A stretch of DNA of 64,000 bases from contig OY781066.1 of NCBI GenBank assembly GCA_963676395.1, positions 1,568,001-1,632,000 of the forward strand, read 5' to 3'. The position numbers and the translations under genes were made by a program. The notes beneath the pieces are model-generated. The model saw nothing but the letters and a program-made list of their open reading frames with translations. It made no database searches and had not been told where the DNA came from. Positions 21,620-31,461 of the stretch are shown here, piece after piece. Positions within the stretch are counted from its first letter, which is position 1, and each line of letters starts with the position of its first letter. Source of the stretch: a bacterium (GTDB lineage Bacteria > Fidelibacterota > Fidelibacteria > Fidelibacterales > Fidelibacteraceae).

Positions 21620-22259
21620 GAGTTTTTCTTTTTTTATTGTGATTGATCGTGATGAAGATCAGTCCAAGACAGGAAAATGTGATAAGGATCAATAGAATAA
21701 TGAGTAAATAAGTACCAATCCCCAATGTTTTATAATTTAAAAAGAAATAGCGACTCCGGTAGAAAAAATTCAGTTCAATGATTGAAAAGAAATAATAAAT
21801 AAGGGGATAAATAAGCCAGGAAAAAGCATATTTCCAGCGGTAAACTCCTGTTTGAACACTACGAAGAGTATCAATGGTGAGTAAAACTGCGGTGAGACCA
21901 TGATTAACATACAGTACGATCTTGTTTAAACCTTGTGCTTCGACGCGATTTGTCAGGAGCGCAAGAAAAACCAGTGATGTGGTCATGATATACAGTAATA
22001 CCGCACCGCGAAACCATGGATGAACACCATTGTCACCTTTGCCTTTGAGTTGTGTGATAATGAGCCAAAAAAATAACAAACAGGCCATGATCCCGGATTG
22101 AACAGTGTAATAGCCCAACATATCTAAGGCAGGGTTTATCGTGCTGTCACCAAGCGGATGGGCAAAACGATATGTTATGCCAAAAAGGGCAATTGACAGT
22201 GAGATGATCCTGAAAATCAGAAGTTTTATATTGAGTTTAGATCTCATCTTCTGGTTCAA
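21603..22259 (-). CDS. Pr6Pr / FAR-17a-AIG1-like membrane protein
   Basis: GYYTVQSG, RGAVLLYI, NHG, WLIYPLIY, YFFLN; about 6 TM; start may be ATG 22247. Confidence 0.75.
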   Translation of the reverse strand: MNQKMRSKLNIKLLIFRIISLSIALFGITYRFAHPLGDSTINPALDMLGYYTVQSGIMACLLFFWLIITQLKGKGDNGVHPWFRGAVLLYIMTTSLVFLALLTNRVEAQGLNKIVLYVNHGLTAVLLTIDTLRSVQTGVYRWKYAFSWLIYPLIYYFFSIIELNFFYRSRYFFLNYKTLGIGTYLLIILLILITFSCLGLIFITINHNKKRKTHEKAL

Positions 22260-22884
22260 TGGTATCTTTTGTTCGATTAATAAAAATTATCAACAAGGAT
22301 AAGGCAATAAATACAAGCCCCAAAAGAATAATGGCAATGGGGTAAAGTCTAACATTTTGTTCATTTATGGCAATAAAACGATATCGATCAAAATACAGAG
22401 TATAGGATTCGACAATGATAAAGATAAGATAATAAAAGGGGAATATCATCCAATATAGTAATAGATCATATTTATATGTGTTTTGGGGGATGCTTATATA
22501 ATTATCTGCCAACAGAAAGATTGGAAAAGAAATATGAGCAAAATAATAAATAACTTTTTGCAAACCGTAAATATCAAAATCTTGATGAAAAAACACAACG
22601 AATACCAAGGCTGAAACTCCGGAGTAAACCAGAGTAGCCCCTCTGAAATTATTGTTGGGTGCCCATTTGGGATTTCCGCTTAACTGGGCGATACTTAAGA
22701 AAAGGAAAATGATCGTAGTCATAAGCATTGATACGACAGAAAAATATCCCAATATCTTGAGTATATTAATATAATTCAGTTCATATAAGGGATTTATGAA
22801 CAGAATATATATCATGCAAAATATAGTAATCAAAGATACTATGATACGATAAGTAAGAATTTTCTTTTCTAGTTCCTTTGTCAT
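22237..22884 (-). CDS. Pr6Pr-like membrane protein (paralogue of neighbour)
   Basis: GYFSVVSM, FRGATLVY, AHISFP, WMIFPFYY; about 6 TM. Confidence 0.7.
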   Translation of the reverse strand: MTKELEKKILTYRIIVSLITIFCMIYILFINPLYELNYINILKILGYFSVVSMLMTTIIFLFLSIAQLSGNPKWAPNNNFRGATLVYSGVSALVFVVFFHQDFDIYGLQKVIYYFAHISFPIFLLADNYISIPQNTYKYDLLLYWMIFPFYYLIFIIVESYTLYFDRYRFIAINEQNVRLYPIAIILLGLVFIALSLLIIFINRTKDTIEPEDEI

Positions 22885-23038
22885 AGTCTAAAATAGAAAT
22901 GTTTTGTAGAGGAACAAAGCATAAAGTGACCTATGGAAAACATTTGAGTGATCGAATAAGGGAATGATTGAATGGCGAATATTGATAAAGGACACAGAAC
23001 GGTGTTTTATAATTTGGATTTGAGAATTGAGAGGATAT

Positions 23039-23064
23039 AAAAAAGGGCGACTAAAGAGCCGCCC
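23039..23064 (-). terminator. Intrinsic terminator closing the 23086-33999 operon
   Basis: Minus strand GGGCGGCT-CTTT-AGTCGCCC-TTTTTT. Confidence 0.8.
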
Positions 23065-23085
23065 GTAAATTATCTGAGATAATGA

Positions 23086-24720
23086 TTATTTAATAATTGT
23101 CCATCGTTGATCAATTTGGGTTGTTGGCCCAAACTCCAGGATATAGTCACGCAATGCTTCGCGCATCATGCGTCCGGTATTAATTCGTTTCTCAACCGGG
23201 ATAGTCGTTAAGCGATCATAGCCCGAGTTTCCTTCGGCAAGATAATCGGATACGGCGATCTTGTAAATGGCTTTTGGATCAAATTCTTTACCTTGTATCT
23301 TTTTAATGGTAGCGCGTTCACGGTCGGGATTGCGTTTATCAATAACAACCTCAATACCTGAAGCAAGCATGCCGCGAGAATTACCCTTTACGCGATCTTC
23401 GATTAGCTCGTCCAGTTCGGCACCTGTCATTTGAAATACAACAATGCGGTTTCCAAAAGGCAAGAATCGGAAAAGAGCCTCGTAGGTTAAAGGACCGGCT
23501 TCAAGGTCGGAACGCAGTCCACCGTAATTGGAGAAAGCCACATCGGCATCTCCGGCCCAGGCAACTGCATCACAAAGCAGGTTACCCAAAATTGATTGAC
23601 CTTCGTTTGCGCGACGCAGAGGTGAGGGCAAGACGGTCAAAACTTGGTCAAAGCCTTCTTCGGCAACAGCTTTGCGGGCTTCGATCATGGCATCTACATC
23701 TTCATCGATCCAGAATTCATCTTCCAGTAGTGTAACAAAGGAAGATCCATCCACCTCAAAATCATAACCGGCGAGGGTTTTAGTTTTTTTATGGATGTAA
23801 AAATTCACCATACCCAAGTTTGTTCCGTTACCGTAGTTCTGAAAGATCAGAGTATGGTTAATGGGATCTTCGTAGGGTTCGGTAAAACCTTTGTGAACGT
23901 GGCCTGTGAACATGACATCGATACCGGGAACCGATACGGCAATTTCCATAGCGGGAGCACCCATTTTGTTTTCATCCGGCCATTCGCCACGCAGGAGCTC
24001 TTCATGAAGTTTTGCGGCTTCTTCATCGCGATTGTAAGGAGTCCAGGAGTGCGTAGATAAAATAATTACATCCGCACCTTCTTCCTTCATAATGGGAATC
24101 CATTTCTTGGCTGTTGTGATCTCGGGTAAAAAGGTAATACCTTCCAAGTGCTCCGGAAAGCTCATAGCCGGTGTTACGGAAGTACCGATACCCAAAATAC
24201 CCACTTTTATACCGTAGATATCTTTAATGATATACGGTTTTAAAAAATCGGCAATTTCACCGGTCTCGGAATTGACGATATTGGCACCAAGGAAAGGAAA
24301 ATTTGCTTCCTTAGCACGTTTGCGTAGTTCCGTGTGACTCTTGTCAAAGTCGTGATTTCCGGCTGTTAAAAGGTCGTATCCAATCGCATTCATGAATTCC
24401 ACAACCGCAGCGCCTGCAGTTTTTGAACCGACGGGTGTTCCTGAAAAGAAATCACCTTCATCGATAAGCAGCGTGCCAAAACCTTCGGCTTCCGCTTGAG
24501 CACGAATGGTTTTTACAATGCGTGCAATCGCTGGAGCTGACCCGATCTTTGGCGGAAACTGTGGATTCATAAAGGTTGCTTCGGTGCGGGGAATACCACC
24601 ATGCACATCATTGGTGAACATCACCATAATGCGCTGGTACTCAGAGGCAGGGTATTTTTCCGCAAAGAGCGCGCCGATCAGCAGAGTGAAAACGACGATC
24701 TTCTTTATTGTATTCAGCAT
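23086..24720 (-). CDS. Exported bifunctional metallophosphoesterase / 5'-nucleotidase
   Basis: Signal peptide; TNDVHG, DEGD, GNHDFD, GHVH; C-domain NYGGLRS, PFGN, DYLAEG. Confidence 0.93.
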   Translation of the reverse strand: MLNTIKKIVVFTLLIGALFAEKYPASEYQRIMVMFTNDVHGGIPRTEATFMNPQFPPKIGSAPAIARIVKTIRAQAEAEGFGTLLIDEGDFFSGTPVGSKTAGAAVVEFMNAIGYDLLTAGNHDFDKSHTELRKRAKEANFPFLGANIVNSETGEIADFLKPYIIKDIYGIKVGILGIGTSVTPAMSFPEHLEGITFLPEITTAKKWIPIMKEEGADVIILSTHSWTPYNRDEEAAKLHEELLRGEWPDENKMGAPAMEIAVSVPGIDVMFTGHVHKGFTEPYEDPINHTLIFQNYGNGTNLGMVNFYIHKKTKTLAGYDFEVDGSSFVTLLEDEFWIDEDVDAMIEARKAVAEEGFDQVLTVLPSPLRRANEGQSILGNLLCDAVAWAGDADVAFSNYGGLRSDLEAGPLTYEALFRFLPFGNRIVVFQMTGAELDELIEDRVKGNSRGMLASGIEVVIDKRNPDRERATIKKIQGKEFDPKAIYKIAVSDYLAEGNSGYDRLTTIPVEKRINTGRMMREALRDYILEFGPTTQIDQRWTIIK

Positions 24721-24759
24721 AATGTGCCTTTTACTTTTTCGTTATAACATTCTTCTTTA

Positions 24760-26088
24760 TCAGAAGCTGTACGATAATGAAACATTCGCCCTTAAACCTT
24801 GTTCCTTGACTTTGTCAAGCGAGGTTCTAACTTCTCCTTCAACAGGGAAAAGATCTTTGTAATAGTACATGTTCTGATAAATAGCCAGGCCTAGATCCAG
24901 TGTTAAGTTATCATTGGACCAGCCTGAACCCAAGTTAATGGTCATGCGGTTCATGTCATTGTGCATGGGGTTTTCTTCATATGAAAATCCGAAACGAAGA
25001 GGAACACCGGTAAAGAATTCATGTTCAACACCGGCACGAAGTGCCCATGATGCCGAGAATTCAGGAGAATACAGGTTCACAAGTGAGTCTGCAGAATCAA
25101 AGTAACCGATGGCGTATGATTTCCAGTCGGTAATATCAAATTGTGCGAACAGAACCGTACGTAATTCGTTTTCGGGAATATATTTAACAGAGAATGAATA
25201 TACATTGGGACGATCAATGATCACATCATAAGAAGTGTCGGCAGAAACATTGTAGGCGGGAAGCATAAGTGAGCTATCCATACCGGCAACGAGATTTGAA
25301 CCTTCCAATGTATAAATACCGGCCAGGTTGGCGTGAAGACCCAATTGAAGTCTATCGTTTACCTGTGCGCTAATACCTAAGTTAATATTCGTACCATCAC
25401 CATTCATGGGATTGACTGTTACAAAGGTAGTATCCTTTGATGAAAGCTTAGGATCGTTCATAATGGGAACAACACCAAAAGCCTCTGTCAGTCCGGCTGA
25501 AAAATAATGTGTATAACCGTAACCTATAGCCAAGCGTTTGCCGATATCATGTGCTATGGCTACATTGAATCCATGGTTGATACCTGAGATATCAATGAGG
25601 TGCAAACCGGCCAAAGGATCACGGTTGTAGGCGCCGCTTCCCAAGTCACTGCGAATTTCTTCACGATACTGATAATTAAAGTTTTCCAGCGTATACCAGC
25701 CGGCCGTTAATGAGAAACCTTTTTGTGAGTAATACATGGCAAGGTCGCCTTCAAAGCGTTGAAAACGGTTTGAGACATAGTCATTTTCGGCAAGGTAATC
25801 GCCGAAGCTATCCTGAACGGGGAAAGAACGGCGTTCGATAAATGACTCTGTATTCAAATTAGCATAGATGCCAAAAGCATCATCTTTAGAATAGAGAGTC
25901 GCCGGGTTGTTTAAACCTGCTACGGGGTGCAACCCCAAAGCAAGTGCATTACCACCAACTGCCAATGAACGAGCGGATTGTTTGTTAAAGTTCTCCATAC
26001 CCATATATTTAAAATAGGCCTGGCCGAACGCGAATCCCACGCTTAGACAGATGATCAATAATAATGTTAAAAGGTGTTTGCGAGTCAT
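24760..26088 (-). CDS. Outer-membrane beta-barrel (FadL/PorV-like N-terminus)
   Basis: Signal peptide; SARSLAVGG...NNPATL; C-terminal beta-signal ANVSLSYSF. Confidence 0.72.
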   Translation of the reverse strand: MTRKHLLTLLLIICLSVGFAFGQAYFKYMGMENFNKQSARSLAVGGNALALGLHPVAGLNNPATLYSKDDAFGIYANLNTESFIERRSFPVQDSFGDYLAENDYVSNRFQRFEGDLAMYYSQKGFSLTAGWYTLENFNYQYREEIRSDLGSGAYNRDPLAGLHLIDISGINHGFNVAIAHDIGKRLAIGYGYTHYFSAGLTEAFGVVPIMNDPKLSSKDTTFVTVNPMNGDGTNINLGISAQVNDRLQLGLHANLAGIYTLEGSNLVAGMDSSLMLPAYNVSADTSYDVIIDRPNVYSFSVKYIPENELRTVLFAQFDITDWKSYAIGYFDSADSLVNLYSPEFSASWALRAGVEHEFFTGVPLRFGFSYEENPMHNDMNRMTINLGSGWSNDNLTLDLGLAIYQNMYYYKDLFPVEGEVRTSLDKVKEQGLRANVSLSYSF

Positions 26089-26108
26089 ACTCTTTTCCTT
26101 TTTATAAT

Positions 26109-28568
26109 TTAAAAGCGGTAATCCAGTTGGAGCCTGAAATCATTCTTGCTCATATTATAATTAAAGTTGCTCAACTGGAGCTGCGAACCGTCATCCAGTT
26201 CTATATAAGCTTCAACGATATTATCCTGTGTGAGACGGGTATCCACGGTGTACTTGAAGCGTAGGGACAGGTTGTCTGTAATACGTGAGTACAAGGTGAT
26301 CCAACCACGGAAAGCATCTACGGGAGAATCGGTCACGCGGAAATCCGTATCCTCAAAGTTCCAGATAAAGCCATTGTAGACCATGGCGGAGCCAATGATC
26401 TTCAGGCGATCGTTAAAGTTATGTGTAAATCCCATGCGGATACCTTTTGACGGGGATCCTGCATTTCCAACAAAGGAGCTGCCACCACTGGTGGTATAAA
26501 CCAACCGGGCTCTCGGTGAGAATTCCGTGTAACCGTAGATCAAGTCAAAATGCAACTTGTTAAAACGTGACAAACGGAATTCGTTGGTTAGGATAGTCTC
26601 GTAAGAGCGGTATACATTTGATGTAAAGAAGTTTTCACCGTAACGGCTTTGCCATTTTTGACGTAGTCGCACACGATAGTTGAATACCGGACGGTATTCC
26701 ATTCTTGCTACCAAACGATTGTATTTTGCACGGTCTGCAGCGCGCTCCCAGATATCGTGTTCAACGGTCGCTATTAGCGAGCGAGAAAGCTGATAACGGA
26801 AGGAATAATATAAACCTTCTTCGGATTGCGGTTGCGAAGATCCCGAATAGAGGAAGCCGTAAGCATCATCATTCAGGTAGTAAATATCTTCGTAGATCGT
26901 GGTTTTATAACGGGCATAGTTCGAAAATGAGCGCTGGTAGGGATTATCGAAGGCTAGATCATAATTCCTGTATAGCGCAAGAAAGTTTAAGTTCTCGAAT
27001 TGCCAGTACATATTCACGGTCCATGCAAAAGCATCTTCGGAGATATTGAATATCTTGCCGTCTTTATCAAGAATACCCAGTTCTCCCTGAAATACAACAT
27101 TCTTAAGAGAATAGGAAAAATCCATTCCCATCACACGGCGATAGGCTTTGGCTTTGCTCCACAAACCGGATCGAGCGTTCGATTCGTAGGTGGCTGCAAT
27201 TTCGGCATCTGCCGAGTTTCCTATTTGGTTGAGGTATTTTGACATGTTTGCGATAATGACCTCGGGTTGGAAATCCAACTGACGGTCATAAAGACTTTCG
27301 TAGAAAGTAAAGCCCAGGTGACCATTGGGGATAGGCTTAATACGAATGTTAGAACCGTAAAGCAGTTCGTGAACATTGTTCATAAGTCCCAATGACACAT
27401 TGCCGCCCAAACCATTGTCCAATCTCGGTTCCATACGAATGAAGGTCGAGAATGAAGAGTCAGGATTCAGGATAGCATCACGGGTATTGTATCCAACGAA
27501 AGGTGTAATAAACAAAGGACCTGCCTGATATTCAAAGGTAAAACCGTTTTGTGAGTAGGCACGGGCACGAGAGGCATCACCGTTAATACCGATAAGTCGC
27601 TTACGCCAGCCGTAACCGGATTTTCGCGGTGCGAAATAATCCACGGTTTCCATTACCACACCTTGTCCGAAAGATGCAATGTAGTTACCGGCAATAATCT
27701 TATTGATCTTGCCGAACTTGCCTAAATCAATATTACGTGCGGAAACATAAGCTTTTACCTGTGGAATTTTCGAGCTGTCTCCAAAGGTGGGAATGTTTTC
27801 GCTAAGCGATTGAGTATAAGCAAGCCCTAGTGAGTATTTTTGACCATAATTCAAGTGGAACTTATAATATTGATCCAAAGGATACTTATCGTAAACCGTT
27901 TGATCCAGAAGTGATCCACCGTCATCAGGTGTTATCTGAGCGGCAAAGTCTTTAATGGTAGCTGTTGCGTAACCGTTAAATTTTTCTTTATCGTCAGACG
28001 AGTATTTTACGTAATCGGATATATTTCTGTATCCGTAATATGAAATGCCGTTTAGTCCGCGCAGGTCACGGGAGGTTTTGATCTCGTTTCCATCTTTGAT
28101 ATGTTTCATCACGGCTGCAGCATCAATAGGAGAAACTGCAGGGAGGTTAACAAGATCGAAATAGTGCATCCCGTTCACATCCCGGGGATTTGTAAAAAGA
28201 TCAATCCAGGATTCGACCAGGCCTTCGGAGGCTCCTTCATCATTCATCATATTCTCAAGCTTATAGTATCGATCTTCTATCTTGCTTGAGGTTTCGTCGA
28301 TATTAATTTTAGGGAAGATGGCGACTTCTTGTTTTAAGACAAGAAATTCTTCATAGCTGATCCCTTTGATATCTTTGATCTGATAAATGGATGTAAATTC
28401 ACCATGGTAAAGGAGATATTCTTCCAAAAGAAGAATGGTATTCTCCGATACCGGGAGATCTTTCAGAGCATCCGCGGAGGCATTGTTGATGTCAAGCTTT
28501 GCTGTTGCCGACAGCATTGCGGGCAGCAGAAAAGCGATCAAACATAATATGTGAAAAGTTTTTTTCAT
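26109..28568 (-). CDS. Helix-hairpin-helix (ComEA-like) domains fused to a large outer-membrane beta-barrel
   Basis: LDINNASADALKDLP, GEFTSIYQIKDIKGI, DLVNLPAVSP, SRDLRGLNGI; GNYIASFGQG; ends FRLQLDYRF. Confidence 0.82.
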   Translation of the reverse strand: MKKTFHILCLIAFLLPAMLSATAKLDINNASADALKDLPVSENTILLLEEYLLYHGEFTSIYQIKDIKGISYEEFLVLKQEVAIFPKINIDETSSKIEDRYYKLENMMNDEGASEGLVESWIDLFTNPRDVNGMHYFDLVNLPAVSPIDAAAVMKHIKDGNEIKTSRDLRGLNGISYYGYRNISDYVKYSSDDKEKFNGYATATIKDFAAQITPDDGGSLLDQTVYDKYPLDQYYKFHLNYGQKYSLGLAYTQSLSENIPTFGDSSKIPQVKAYVSARNIDLGKFGKINKIIAGNYIASFGQGVVMETVDYFAPRKSGYGWRKRLIGINGDASRARAYSQNGFTFEYQAGPLFITPFVGYNTRDAILNPDSSFSTFIRMEPRLDNGLGGNVSLGLMNNVHELLYGSNIRIKPIPNGHLGFTFYESLYDRQLDFQPEVIIANMSKYLNQIGNSADAEIAATYESNARSGLWSKAKAYRRVMGMDFSYSLKNVVFQGELGILDKDGKIFNISEDAFAWTVNMYWQFENLNFLALYRNYDLAFDNPYQRSFSNYARYKTTIYEDIYYLNDDAYGFLYSGSSQPQSEEGLYYSFRYQLSRSLIATVEHDIWERAADRAKYNRLVARMEYRPVFNYRVRLRQKWQSRYGENFFTSNVYRSYETILTNEFRLSRFNKLHFDLIYGYTEFSPRARLVYTTSGGSSFVGNAGSPSKGIRMGFTHNFNDRLKIIGSAMVYNGFIWNFEDTDFRVTDSPVDAFRGWITLYSRITDNLSLRFKYTVDTRLTQDNIVEAYIELDDGSQLQLSNFNYNMSKNDFRLQLDYRF

Positions 28569-28583
28569 GCGTTTGCCAATGCT

Positions 28584-29486
28584 TTATGGTTTGTAGATCT
28601 CCACTGTGAAAAAGTGCGTTCCGTTCAGTACCGGGTGGCTGACGTAGGCATAATCTATTCTAAAAATAGATTGTTTTACACCAAAGCCAAAGGTCAACTG
28701 TGAGGGATAAGTAGATACGCCGGCACGAACGTTGAACCATTCGCTGATGGCATAATCCAGTCCCATACGGTACTGAGCATCAAGTCCCTGGACTTTTTCC
28801 ACTTCAAAGGAGGTGGTTAATCCATAGTAGGGCATGTAACCCAAGCCGGCCACGAATTTACGAGGCGCCATGGCTTCGGTTTCCGAAGAACCCAATTTGG
28901 GAGCATTGATGTTTTTAATGGCAATGCCCATCCAGGCACGATCTCTTAATGACGCTTGCAGACCCAAGTCAACACCAAGACCGGCAACCGAACCGAGGTC
29001 GATACCATCGGAGCCGTCACCGCTTTGTCCGGCAGATTGTCCGTAATCCACTAGCAGCAAGTTAAGAGAATAACCGGCGCTGAAAGATGAGCGCAGATCT
29101 TTGATAAGATGGAAAGCATGGGTTACACCCACGGCGTTTTCCGAGCTGAGAATGTTGTCACCGTTTTTGGTGCGAAGCATATCTCCGTGCAGGGAAACAC
29201 TTCCATATTTTTCGTTGATCGGAAGCGTTGCGGTGAACATGGCAAGTGAAGCAAAGCCATATGAACCCGGGTTGGTATAGGCAAAACCACCGCCGATATT
29301 ATCAACGAATGCCAAGCCGGCCGGGTTGTATGAATGTGCCCACATACTCTGGTTCACAGCCACCTGAGCACCACCGCTTGCCGCACCCGCAGCCGCTCCG
29401 GGCCATGAGTCGGTAAACACTTGTGCTGAAAGGCTGGCGATCAACATAATAGATATAAGTAATCGTTTCATAAGCATGTATCTCAT
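28584..29486 (-). CDS. PorV/PorQ-like outer-membrane barrel
   Basis: Signal peptide; GGAQVAV....AHSYNPAGLA, GVDLG, IKNINAP, IDYAY..HP.L..TH. Confidence 0.72.
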   Translation of the reverse strand: MRYMLMKRLLISIMLIASLSAQVFTDSWPGAAAGAASGGAQVAVNQSMWAHSYNPAGLAFVDNIGGGFAYTNPGSYGFASLAMFTATLPINEKYGSVSLHGDMLRTKNGDNILSSENAVGVTHAFHLIKDLRSSFSAGYSLNLLLVDYGQSAGQSGDGSDGIDLGSVAGLGVDLGLQASLRDRAWMGIAIKNINAPKLGSSETEAMAPRKFVAGLGYMPYYGLTTSFEVEKVQGLDAQYRMGLDYAISEWFNVRAGVSTYPSQLTFGFGVKQSIFRIDYAYVSHPVLNGTHFFTVEIYKP

Positions 29487-31450
29487 TAGTTTTTAATGGC
29501 GATGACCACGGGTTGAGCCAAACGTGTGACTTTACCGGTGGAGCGTTCAATAACTTCCATATGCATCAGGTAAGTACCGGGAGCAAGACTGCGATTGAGT
29601 TCGTCTCGACCGTTCCAGTTTTTCTCCAGTGACCAACTTACACCGTGATATTCATCGGTGAGCGTGGTGATATAACGACCTGCAGCATCATATACACGAA
29701 TGATCACACGGGCTTCATCGGGATATTCGTATGTGTATTGAATGGTTTCGCCAAGTTGAGGTACAAAGGGATAAGGTGCAACGTTCAAGGAAACATTGCC
29801 TGCGCCCGGTTCACCATCGGTCCATGCGACAATATCCGAAGCATAAGCCGGCGTCATCTGTGCCGAATTGCTGTAGAACCCAACAATACCTGTAACTTCT
29901 ACGGCGTTTCCGCTTTGAAGAAGTGAATCGGCTGTTGCATCCGAGAGGAGATTTGTCGAATCCCAAATGCGCAGGGTCAATGACTGGTTCCCATCGTCGA
30001 TCGTGATATTAGAACCGCCGCCAATACCGTCTGCACGGTCGGTGACCTGTCCCTTAACCGTAACTAATGTACCTTCGAGTTCCATAAAGTTATTATTCAA
30101 TGCAGCGTTGCTCAATTCGGCGATAGCGGGAAGATCCGTTGTGCCTTTTGCAACTGCCGTTACATCTTTAATCTGTTTGGAATCGTTATATTGTGAAAGC
30201 GTACCTGTTACTTCAACGATAGTACCGCGTGCAAAGCCGCTCATAGCTGAGCCAAACACATAAATTCCGCGACCGGAATCATCTTGAATGTAAGAAGCAT
30301 AGGTGTTGATAAGTCCCATTTCAACCGTTACAACGGCTGTAACCGTTACGGTTGTTTCTTCTAAAGTGTCAAAGTTGTTACGCAGGTAAGCAATGGATTG
30401 AGTTTCAACAAAAGCCTCAATGCTTTTTGAGGAAGCTAAGGTCGAGTCTTTAAGCCCCAATGTGTTTTCTGCACGAACATAGTAGGTAAAAGTACCCGTT
30501 GCTCCGAGAGGGGCAATGCTGAGTGCGTAGCTGTTTGCTTCGTCACCGGCGGGCATATCTACGATCTCGGTCGTTCCGTCAAAAGTATAAACACATTCAA
30601 CCGAAGATAAACCTTGAACATCAACAACCGTGGCTGAGATATGCAGGGTATCGTTTTCATTGGGTGACGTGGGGTCAAAAACAACATTACTGAGAACCGG
30701 ACGTGATGAAGCCAACGTTGTTACCTGCCAGGTTGTACCCAGATTTTCAGAGGTTTCATCGTTGCCGGTGATACCATTACCGCCGGATGTGGTTTCTGAC
30801 CCTTCGCTTTCATCAATACGTGCCAGCTTTTCACCGTCTATATGCACGGGCAAGGAAGCCTGGCTTGTAACCGGTGTATCGTTTAGGTAAGTGGCCACAC
30901 CGCTTTTATTAACGCCATGTGAGGTATTACCCCAAAGTAAGTAATCAACGTCCTGAACCGTTGCCGCCGAACCGTCCCATGTGAACAGGACAAGGGTCTC
31001 AGCAGTGTTATCCAGTTTTGCGTTAGGTGAAGCCCCGATGGTTTTTACGCCATCAACGGCATAACGCATGGTGTCGTTACCGCTACCTTTAAGGTAAAGA
31101 TCCGGGAGTTCACCGTATTCGCTTTGATAGTCCGAATCACGGCCTAGTCCCAATGTGATGCTTTCGCCGGCTGCCAAAGACATAGCAGGGAAGCGGGCGA
31201 TAAAATCGGATCCGCTGCCTGACCAATAATCGGCGCCATCGGCGAGTTTGTAATAGTATTTTCCGTTTGTCGTATCGGTTGCATCGGTAATATAGTAATT
31301 ATCAAGAGAAATGGCCGAAGCGGTCGGATTCTTGATTTTTACATATTCGCCGGTGGAAGGCTGGAGCACCACTTCAGTGAAGATAAGGTGCCCCTGAGCC
31401 ATTGCCAATATCGGCAAAAGGAAGAGGATGAATAGATTGCGTAGTTTCAT
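29486..31450 (-). CDS. Secreted LTD + Ig + tandem OB-fold protein with FlgD-like C-terminal domain
   Basis: LIFTEVV...EYVKIKNPT (LTD); YIQDDSGRGIYVF, VEVTGTLSQY, ITIDDG, VEVTGIVGFY (OB folds); PYPFVP...VYDAAGRYITTL...WNGRDE...PGTY. Confidence 0.82.
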   Translation of the reverse strand: MKLRNLFILFLLPILAMAQGHLIFTEVVLQPSTGEYVKIKNPTASAISLDNYYITDATDTTNGKYYYKLADGADYWSGSGSDFIARFPAMSLAAGESITLGLGRDSDYQSEYGELPDLYLKGSGNDTMRYAVDGVKTIGASPNAKLDNTAETLVLFTWDGSAATVQDVDYLLWGNTSHGVNKSGVATYLNDTPVTSQASLPVHIDGEKLARIDESEGSETTSGGNGITGNDETSENLGTTWQVTTLASSRPVLSNVVFDPTSPNENDTLHISATVVDVQGLSSVECVYTFDGTTEIVDMPAGDEANSYALSIAPLGATGTFTYYVRAENTLGLKDSTLASSKSIEAFVETQSIAYLRNNFDTLEETTVTVTAVVTVEMGLINTYASYIQDDSGRGIYVFGSAMSGFARGTIVEVTGTLSQYNDSKQIKDVTAVAKGTTDLPAIAELSNAALNNNFMELEGTLVTVKGQVTDRADGIGGGSNITIDDGNQSLTLRIWDSTNLLSDATADSLLQSGNAVEVTGIVGFYSNSAQMTPAYASDIVAWTDGEPGAGNVSLNVAPYPFVPQLGETIQYTYEYPDEARVIIRVYDAAGRYITTLTDEYHGVSWSLEKNWNGRDELNRSLAPGTYLMHMEVIERSTGKVTRLAQPVVIAIKN

Positions 31451-31461
31451 AGTCACTCTTC

